A stretch of 16,000 bases of DNA from Sodalis glossinidius str. 'morsitans' (GTDB lineage: Bacteria; Pseudomonadota; Gammaproteobacteria; Enterobacterales; Enterobacteriaceae): the NCBI RefSeq assembly GCF_000010085.1, contig NC_007712.1, positions 291,082-307,081 on the forward strand, given 5' to 3'. Both the position numbers and the translations under genes were made by a program. A model generated the notes under the pieces. The model made no database searches. It saw only the letters and a program-made list of their open reading frames with translations, and was not told the DNA's origin. Shown piece after piece: positions 8,924-15,755 of the stretch. How positions within the stretch are numbered: position 1 is the first letter of the stretch; the number at the start of each line of letters is the position of its first letter.

Positions 8924-9366
8924 TGTACCCCCTGAAAGATGTTCTGTTGTTAATAACAGATAACACGAATAATAGTTAAACCTAGCCTCGCCAAACTATT
9001 AGCGCCATAACAAAAATGTCGTCGCAGCCAAACGCCCACGTGGCCTGCCTGTCGCCAGGATTTTGGCGGCGGCAACCGGCTGTCTCCAGACAGTGCCGCT
9101 AGCCGTTATCAGCGCTATCGGGTCGTGACGATATTTAATTAGTATGGTATTGATTTATGTATGTCACAAGGTGATCGATGAATAAAAAATGGATCGCATG
9201 TTTTTCATGTAACAAATGTAATAAGTGCCACCATATTCCCGTGGCAACCCCCTTTTGTTAAACTCAAACGGCTGATAATACTATTGTGCTGGGGAGCTGA
9301 TGACCCATGGAAGAGATGTCATCGCACGCGTGTATGGCCTCAAGTAGTTAGCGTCGTAGTAAACCA

Positions 9367-9572
9367 TAGGAGACAGTGAGGAAACAATGAATATTGCGCA
9401 TTATCTCGAATTGCAGGGCATGAAAAAAGGCAGACTGGAGGGATTGATGGAAGGCATGCGCAAAGGGATGCTTGAAGGGTTGCTGGAGGGCATGGACAAG
9501 GGCAGGTTGGAAGGCAAGAAAGAAGGTCGCAGACAAGCCACGCTAAGCATCTGCATGCGGAATATTTCATAA
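9367..9572 (+). pseudogene. C-terminal remnant of an Rpn/YhgA-like (PD-(D/E)XK, transposase_31) recombination-promoting nuclease gene
   Basis: ...EETMNIAHYLELQGMKKGRLEGLMEGMRKGMLEGLLEGMDKGRLEGKKEGRRQATLSI reproduces the characteristic tail of this family (..MTIAEQL.Q.G...G..EG...G..KG..EGK.EG....L.IA). Stops lie immediately upstream (9343-9365), the nuclease domain is absent, and the 3' end is cut short. Confidence 0.55.
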
Positions 9573-9856
9573 AATTAGTTTAATAGGTTCTTTACCTTAT
9601 TCCATTCTCCGTTAAAATGGGAAGGCGCCTTCATTCTGTTAATCGTGAATAATTAGTTTTACTTAATAATTATTAATAACATCGGAATAACCGAAAACCA
9701 AAACTGAATTAGGGTGATTCTGAATTGTTATCGCTCTCAGGCTAAGAAAAAAGCCGCGCGGAAATATTGTTTCCATAAAAATCCAAGTAAGGTTTAGTCT
9801 TACAGCGCTATCATATAATTGAAAGAAAATTGCTCTGTAAATACCGAAGTCGTTAA

Positions 9857-9881
9857 GAGTTATTATCAAATCTGGTGTATG
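9857..9881. repeat. Candidate terminal inverted repeat of the IS256-family remnant (3' side)
   Basis: gagttattatcaaatctggtgtatg matches the reverse complement of 10620-10644 (gagttatgctcatttctggtgtatg) at 21/25 positions, with an 11-nt perfect core tctggtgtatg. Confidence 0.45.
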
Positions 9882-9885
9882 GCGA

Positions 9886-10556
9886 TCAGGCTACGCTCTG
9901 CTCTGATGCTTCGTGAATCTGTTCTCCATCCTGAAATTGGACGTTGTTTACCACCAGGGTCAGCAGGTCAAATCCTCTTAGCCGGTTCCAGCTTTTCTGA
10001 GCAGACTGGAGCAGCTTAAATACCATTGACAGGGTGGTTTCTCTCGAACCACACTTCTTTGCGCGTCTGCTTCGTAGCCTCACAGTCGCAAACGTAGCGC
10101 GTATCGCTTAAATCACGCAGGCACCATTGCCTGTGCTCTTCAAGCCATTGCTGTTTTAGTCTGCTGATGGTACTCGCGGAGAGGCCGTGGGCTTTTTCAC
10201 CGAGTAGCGCCCCAGGGCTTCATGAAAATCACCGGTGGATATGTCTCGCAGGTACAGCCATGGCAGCAACGCGCTGTTGAAGCATATTCCGTCGCCGCTG
10301 CGATCCCTGACCTTAGGCACTTTAATTTCAACATCGCCAATACCCGTCTGTATGGTTCGCTGTGGTAAATAACCGTTACGGACGACGGCATGACGCCCAT
10401 CGTCAAGACGGCGTTCAGCATGGCTTCGAGCTCAGCCTCAACGACGGCGGCCATCAGTTGTCTGGCACCATGACGGATGAGTTCATGCAAGGGCTCACTG
10501 GTAATATCTGGTTCTGCGGAGACACCTGTAGGGTAGACTTTTTCATGGCGTATCAT
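9886..10556 (-). pseudogene. IS256-family transposase lacking its catalytic core
   Basis: N-terminal part: ..PLHELIRHGARQLMAAVVEAELEAML, then (after a frameshift at ~10395) RNGYLPQRTIQTGIGDVEIKVPKVRDRSG..ICFNSALLPWLYLRDISTGDFHEALGALLG, LSASTISRLKQQWLEEHRQWCLRDLSDTRY. At ~10093-10102 this joins directly to the C-terminal TFATVRLRSRRAKKCGSRETTLSMVFKLLQSAQKSWNRLRGFDLL. The DDE region (well over 100 codons) is missing. Confidence 0.75.
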
Positions 10557-10619
10557 TTCTCTGTTGTTGAAATCATCCACGGAATCAATCAGCAGGATAC
10601 GCCACCCTCTCCGAAACCT

Positions 10620-10644
10620 CATACACCAGAAATGAGCATAACTC
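10620..10644. repeat. Candidate terminal inverted repeat of the IS256-family remnant (5' side)
   Basis: catacaccagaaatgagcataactc is the partner of 9857-9881. It lies about 65-90 nt upstream of the plausible transposase start at 10556. Confidence 0.45.
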
Positions 10645-10885
10645 CCCACATAAGCGATATAGGTTAGTATTTTGTCTGCACGGACTAAAGAATTACACCC
10701 TTTACCACCTATGATAACTCCTGATTCTATGACAATAAGTTTATCGCATATAAAAATGCAAAAATACGCTTAGTTCAGCATGCTGAACCAGGTTAGGGTA
10801 AGGAAACGTGATCTAATATATGTTTTATGAGATGCGTCGTGTTTTGGCGAACAGATCACTACCGTCATTTCAATATCAGCACTCC

Positions 10886-11810
10886 ATGGCAAAGCAAAAG
10901 TTTAAAATAACCAACTGGTCCACTTACAACAAAGCTCTCAAGCAGCGCGGGGCTCTGACGATATGGCTGGATGAGTCGGCAATTGTTGCATGGACGGAAA
11001 AAACAACGCCTGAACGGGGCGTGGCCGGCCGCTTCACTACGCATATGGCTATCACCACTGTTCTGATCGATGAAACGCGTGTTTGGCCTTTCGTTAAGGG
11101 CTTTACAGGGCTTCGTTAACGCCATTTTTAAACTGATGGTGCTGCCGCTAAGATGCCCAGACTACTCGCTGATCAGCAAGCGAGCAAAGACAGTTAAGAT
11201 CAGCATAAAAACACCGACCCGTGGTGAAATCTCACCTCTAGTCATTGACGGAACCGGCCTGAAGGTCTTTGGCGAAGGCGAATGGAAAGTCCGACAGCAT
11301 GGTGCCGACAGACGGAGGGTGTGGCGTAAGCTGCATATGGCCGCAGACAGTGTAACGCATGAGATTATCTGTGCTGACTTATCGCTCAGCGGTACGACGG
11401 ATACTCAGGCCCTACCAGCTCTGATAAACCAGACCCAGCGGAAAATCAGGGAAGCGTCGGCTGATGGCGCTTACGATACCCGCTACTGTCATGATGCGCT
11501 GCTGAGGAAGAAAATAAGGCCTCTTATTCCTCCACGGGGTGAGGCGCAATATTGGCCAGACCGATACCATGAGCGTAACTACGCCGTTGTGAATCAGCGT
11601 CTAAGCGGCAGTAACGATGTATGGAAAAAGCAAGTGGGCTATCATTGACGCTCAGTGGCTGAAACAGCTATATTCCGGTTCAAAACGCTTCTGGGCGCTC
11701 ATCTAAGTCTACGTGACTATGATGCGCAGGTAGGTGAGGCAATGGCGATGGTCAAAGCGCTTAACAAAATGACGCTGTTAGGAATGCCGAACAGCATCCG
11801 GATCGCATAA
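10886..11810 (+). pseudogene. IS903-group transposase, inactivated
   Basis: MAKQKFKITNWSTYNKALKQRGALTIWLDESAI.AWTE ... MAITTVL / KRVFGLSLRALQGFVNAIFKLM.LPLRCPDYS..SKRAKTV...KTPTRGEI..LVID.TGLKVFGEGEWKV..HG..RRR.WRKLH.A.DS.THEIICADLSL...TD..A.P.LI.QT.RKIR.ASADGAYDTR.CHD.L.RKKI..LIPPR ... RSVAETA...K.L.G..L.LRDYD.QV.EAMA.V.ALNKMT..GMP.S.RIA*. Frameshift at ~11060-11075. In-frame TGA at 11646-11648, where IS903 has Arg. Confidence 0.9.
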
Positions 11811-11845
11811 CAATCGATCTGCTAGGGGGGTGTAGTCACAAGTTC

Positions 11846-11863
11846 TGATTTATTCAACAAAGC
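11846..11863. repeat. IS903-type right terminal inverted repeat
   Basis: Exact 18-nt match to the reverse complement of GGCTTTGTTGAATAAATC (IS903 IR, from memory), 36 nt after the transposase stop. Confidence 0.85.
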
Positions 11864-12645
11864 CGTCCCGAGCATGATTTTTTTTGGGTTTAGCTCATCC
11901 CAAAATTCTGATATTTTATTATATAATGTGCACCGACGATACAGCATAACTTTGAAAAGGCCCCCTGCCTCGATTTAGCATAATCAGCTAATGGCCATCG
12001 CTCTCTCGCCACTGAATGCGATGAATGCGATCACTGATGTAGATAAATTTATATCTGTTTATAATATAGTGGATGCCACCCCCGGCGCCCCTTTATTCCC
12101 TATCGCCTATTCTCTACTCACTCAACAATCAGGTTATCCCCTACGCTATCAATGGCTGATATTAGAAGCGTTGTCTTATAGTTCGATGAAATATTTACCT
12201 CCCTCACACTTGTTCATAATGGCATTGAGAAGGACGCTCAGAACGAGACTCAAGATATCTATCGTTACACCCGTTTTTCGCTTACGCCGTAAAATATAGG
12301 CGCCAAGTTCGGCGGCTGTTTCTCGTGCAATGGATCCTGATACCAAAGGGGAAGTTGGAACGACTAACGAATCTGATATGCAGTAGCAAAAAGGGTTCTT
12401 GACGCCAATGTAACCATTACCGATAGACTTCGGGCATTACCATGCCTTAATCAGCCAAGATGTTCTGTCAACCGGCACACGTTAAAGCAAATTGGGATCC
12501 GGACATAATTCAATTATCTGCCCACTATTGTTTTGGCAAATCGCGAACCATTGTTGATTTTAAACAGCTTCGACTAAGGATGTCTGAGTTCTGTTCCTTA
12601 AGGCATCGGTGGCGCAAGATGTTGGGTCAAGGCCAATAGTAAACA

Positions 12646-13396
12646 TCACGCGCGTTTACTGGCCAACCCGCAGCTCACGGCGATGAACGCGGACATGGGA
12701 ACTAACCAAGCTGTTCCCTGCGCAACATCGGTATAAAAGCTGCCCAGCAGCGTATTGTCGAGAAAACCAATACCAATTTGTATAAATCCCAGCAGCGCCG
12801 AGGCACTGCCTGCCTTCTCCGCCTGCCTTTCCATCGCAAAGCTGGTTAGACCCGGTGCCACCAGTGCGTTGCCAAAGACCCAAATCGCCGCGGGACTTAT
12901 CCATACCCAGACCGCGGGGACGCACAGGTGAGGCAGTAGTAAAAACAGTATCCCGCCGAGCGCAATGACCGATACCCCTAGCCGGATAATAGAAGTCAAT
13001 GAATGGAGTCGTAACAAACGGTTGGCGAGCAGAGAACCGGTAATGTACGAGCCCGTTTGGAACATCATCACTAATCCGAAGCTGAAAGTGGAAAGTCTGA
13101 GCCGATAGATCAAGACAAACGGCAGCGCAATGGAAAGCGTATAAATTCCACCCACGCCGCTACCGATGGATAGCGCCGGCAGTACAAAGTGGCGTTGCAT
13201 TAGCAGGCGATAATAATGATCAAACGTCGTCAGTAATCGCAGCGGCGCGCGCCGGTTGAGCGTTTCATGCGTCATTAACCACAGCGTTGCCATTGTTAGC
13301 AAGGCATAACCCAGCATGATGGCAAAAACCGCGCGCCAGGTGGTGAACATGATTGTCACTGCGCCCAATGCCGGCGAAAGCAGCGGTATGCTTACA
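12646..13396 (-). pseudogene. MFS drug-efflux transporter (Bcr/CflA-type, DHA1), 5'-truncated
   Basis: Readable from ..[32 protein letters not shown]....L.ETL through six further TM segments to ..AGSASALLGFIQIGIGFL.. and the stop at 12646. This corresponds to roughly the C-terminal two-thirds of Bcr-type proteins. The upstream sequence is replaced at 13396/13397 by IS3-family orfB sequence. Confidence 0.75.
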
Positions 13397-13967
13397 AGTA
13401 GGCTGCGGACAACTTAACAGCCGCAGCTCTTTCATGAGCCTGCTGGCAAGCCATCGTCCCATCCGAAAGCCTATCATCGTTGCCATAGTTGCGATACTTC
13501 TTGCGCCGGCAGAACCATGGCTGATGTTATGCACCTCCAGAACCTGGCTGCGTAATACAGCCCGCCTGCCGTCTGGCTTTTCAGAACAGTTTTTCCAGTA
13601 TTTGTAGCTGCTGCGATTAACCCCGAACACGTGGCAGAATATGACCACAGGATAACTCGCCCTGAGTTTCCCGATTAACGAGAACTGTTCAGGTAATCTG
13701 ACATCAAGAGCGCGGTAGCCTTTTTTGCTATTTCATTTTCACTTCAATACGCTGTGTCATTTCTTCAGCTCGCGTATTTCGATTTGTTCCGGAGTTATGG
13801 GGTAGGCTTTTGATGTTTTTCCCCGTCATTCATTACGCGGCTGCTTCACCCATCGTGTCATGGTAGAAAGTCCAACATCCATAGCACTGGCCGCATCTGA
13901 AACGGTGTAGTTCTGAGGTGAGCATATCACCTCTGTTCAGGTGGCCAAATTCAGTGTGCCACTACCT
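13397..13967 (-). mobile_element. IS3-family (IS911-like) element remnant: left end, damaged orfA, first ~90 codons of orfB
   Basis: The reverse complement of 13925-13965 reads ggtagtggcacactgaatttggccacctgaacagaggtgatatg, close to the IS911 left end as I recall it. OrfA remnant: [24 protein letters not shown], with an N-terminal deletion and stops. OrfB remnant: [77 protein letters not shown], then an abrupt end at 13397. The DDE domain and right IR are absent. The outer boundary is uncertain by about 6 nt. Confidence 0.85.
13720..13726 (-). promoter_or_regulatory. Relic A-AAA-AAG -1 frameshift heptamer of the IS3-family orfA/orfB junction
   Basis: The minus strand reads gcAAAAAAGgctaccgcgctcttgatgtcag, the position and context of the IS911 programmed frameshift site. 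It is non-functional here because both ORFs are disrupted. Confidence 0.5.
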
Positions 13968-14308
13968 ATACAGGCGCGAGGCGACAGTCAGCGTCGAGCG
14001 TGCCTCTATTCTCTGCTTCATCGATGACTTTCTATGGCGATAAGATTGCGGTTATCACCCGTCCAATACAATCGCCAGCAGGAGGAACGCACTTCGCCGC
14101 TTATGGCCGGAAGTCCCGTTATCTCACGGATAGCCTGCTTTGCTGGGGTAGCGATGTGCAAACTCCGCTAAAGCCAGTTTCTGCTCCTGATAATTTATTC
14201 GCCTCCGACAGATTGCCCAGGTAAAAACTGACGGTGCCCGGAGCAACGCGATGCTTTGTGCATCACGTTATTACCTCTGCCGCCTCTAGGCCCTTTTCCT
14301 TGCCGCTC

Positions 14309-14326
14309 GCCCGCTGCTTAGCGGGC
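14309..14326 (-). terminator. Hairpin downstream of the fucO remnant
   Basis: gcccgc-tgctta-gcgggc forms a 6-bp GC stem, 16 nt beyond the true-frame TAA (14342-14344). No clear U-tract. Confidence 0.3.
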
Positions 14327-14341
14327 CGGTTCTCTTAAGCC

Positions 14342-15357
14342 TTACAGGGCGCGTGAATATAATTGTTTGATATCGTCGATGCCGGCTGTGCGGGGATTAC
14401 CGCCGGTACAAACGTCCTCCAGGGCCGCTGGGCGAGCTGGGGAATATACTCGGGGTTCACCCCGACCTGGCCTAACCCTCGGGGAATGTCGACATCGCGG
14501 CACAGTGTTTTCACTGCCTCGACCGCCATCTGGCGTGCCTGCGCTATATCCACACTCTGAGCATCGCTTATTCCCAAAGCTATCGCGATATGGCGATATT
14601 TTTCACCGGTGTTCTCTGCGTTCCAGGCCATAACATGCGGCAGTAAAATGGCATTCGCCACGCCGTGCGGTAAATTATAAAACGCGCCCAAGGGGTGCGC
14701 CATGCCGTGCACCAGTCCAGGACCGACGTTGGAGAAGCCCATGCCGGCGATATATTGCGCCAGGGCCATACCTTCTCCTCCCGAGGCATGACCGGCGACG
14801 GAGTCTCTCAAGGAACGGGCAATGAGTTCGATGGTTTTCAAATGCAGCATGTCGGTCATTTCCCAGGCGCCGCGTGTTATATAACCTTCAATTGCGTGGG
14901 TGAGCGCATCGATCCGGTGGCGGTTTTCAATGAAGCGGGCATACTGGCCATCATATCGGCATCGACAATCGATACGAACGGAATATCATGGGGGTCGATA
15001 CAAACGAATTTACGCCGTTTCTCTTCATCGGTAATGACATAATTAATAGTCACTTCAGCGGCGGTGCCCGCCGTGGTAGGCACGGCAATAATCGGCGCGG
15101 CTTTGGCGAAAAGCTTCAAGACCCCTTTTTAACACCACGATGGTTGGATTGGGCATAACCTCATCAAAGAGCGCGTAATCGAGATTATTTTCTTGCAGGA
15201 GCGTGGTGATTTTATCCACTACCCGGCAGTCGCGCAGGACTTTATCCGTCACCACCAGGCCTTTACGGTAGCCGCGCCGAGTAACTTCCTCGACGATATG
15301 TGCGATAGCGCCGGCGCCAAACCAGGCCGTTTCATTTAAAATTATTCTGTAAGCCAT
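14342..15357 (-). pseudogene. fucO: Lactaldehyde reductase / 1,2-propanediol oxidoreductase (iron-containing alcohol dehydrogenase), inactivated
   Basis: Strongly colinear with E. coli FucO. Shared segments: ILNETAWFG.GA, RRGY.K.L.VTDK.L, VPNPTI..., then IPTTAGTAAEVTINYVITDEEKRRKFVC.DPHDIP, DADMM..MP..LK.ATG.DALTHAIEGYITRGAW, GMGFSNVG.GLVHGMAHPLGAFYN.PHGVANAILLPHVM..NA..TGEKYR.IA, ..DVCTGGNPR. AAGGAGA precedes the ATG at 15357. Lesions: about 46 codons including the GGGS motif deleted at ~15087-15095; frameshifts at ~14913 and ~14432. Confidence 0.85.
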
Positions 15358-15393
15358 TTTATTCTCCTTGAAAAAAATAATGGATAGGAATGT

Positions 15394-15734
15394 TTATGAC
15401 TGGCTGCTTTTTTCGACTAATAATAAGTGTTGTGTTGCCAGCACGCAGCCGCCCCGTTGATTTACTACTTCAAGCTGTTCCGTCACCAGGCCGTAGCCCG
15501 GTCTACGCGGATGGTCCTTTTTTCGCTGATGGACACTTTCACCTGCAAGGTATCACCAATAAAAACTGGTTCAGGAAAATTTAATTTTTCATAGCCATAG
15601 GTCATGGCGCGGGAATTAATATCACCCGCGGTCATGCCGGCGTGTAATACAATATCGCTTTCAGTGATGGTGCGTCCCGTTGTGGTGCGGGTTTCGCCCA
15701 GCACAAATTCCTCGAAATATTTATCGATAAACAT
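15394..15734 (-). pseudogene. MaoC-like (hotdog-fold) dehydratase, inactivated
   Basis: [35 protein letters not shown], then [21 protein letters not shown], then (in another frame) [31 protein letters not shown] fit the MaoC dehydratase pattern. Roughly 45 codons are missing after GD.N. There is a frameshift in the A6 run (T-run 15518-15523 on +). GGAG lies 9 nt upstream of the ATG. Confidence 0.65.
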
Positions 15735-15755
15735 AACTCTACTCCGGGCCGACGG

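Larger units (their letters stand above)
9857..10644 (-). mobile_element. IS256-family (Mutator-type transposase) element, internally deleted, non-autonomous
   Basis: Transposase N- and C-terminal parts (see next feature) are bracketed by imperfect inverted repeats at 9857-9881 and 10620-10644. Weaker similarity could extend the ends to ~9841 and ~10660. It is about 0.8 kb, against about 1.3 kb expected for the family. No target duplication seen. Confidence 0.65.
10811..11863 (+). mobile_element. IS5-family, IS903-group insertion sequence with a degenerate left end
   Basis: The transposase is colinear with IS903 Tnp. The right end carries gatttattcaacaaagcc, the reverse complement of the IS903 18-bp IR GGCTTTGTTGAATAAATC. 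The left boundary is set only by length analogy with IS903 (1057 bp) and by alignment of ..cagatcac.. upstream of the ATG. No matching left IR is present there. Confidence 0.8.

Noticed and set aside
8942-8959. The near-palindrome tctgttgttaataacaga (16/18 symmetric) just upstream of the acetyltransferase start, as a possible operator.
   Set aside because: It is short, AT-rich and imperfect, so it is easily a chance occurrence. The downstream gene is inactivated, so no functional inference is warranted.
9387-9572. The periodic repeat region, considered as a CRISPR array or non-coding tandem-repeat array.
   Set aside because: The repeats are imperfect and contiguous with no unique spacers. 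They translate into the EG..KG tail characteristic of Rpn/YhgA-like proteins.
11991-12299. A 102-aa plus-strand ORF in the orphan AT-rich segment as a candidate novel gene.
   Set aside because: It has no Shine-Dalgarno, no recognisable motif and an odd composition (an Arg/Leu/Thr-rich tail). An overlapping open frame on the opposite strand is equally unconvincing. It is kept only as part of the orphan-region finding.
12646-13368. Annotating the 240-aa MFS ORF as an intact CDS starting at Met 13368.
   Set aside because: MFS homology continues upstream of that Met to the IS junction at 13396/13397. The product would have only about 7 of 12 TM segments.
8924-13967. A search of the IS-flanked AT-rich block for an intact defence, toxin-antitoxin, retron or CRISPR-type system.
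   Set aside because: The block has no intact ORF over 100 codons with a ribosome-binding site. It has no reverse transcriptase, nuclease or ATPase motifs and no repeat-spacer architecture. Everything recognisable in it is a remnant.
14000-14224. A 74-aa plus-strand ORF between the IS911-like end and fucO.
   Set aside because: It has a non-ATG start, no SD and no motifs. The segment looks like shredded coding sequence of the opposite strand.
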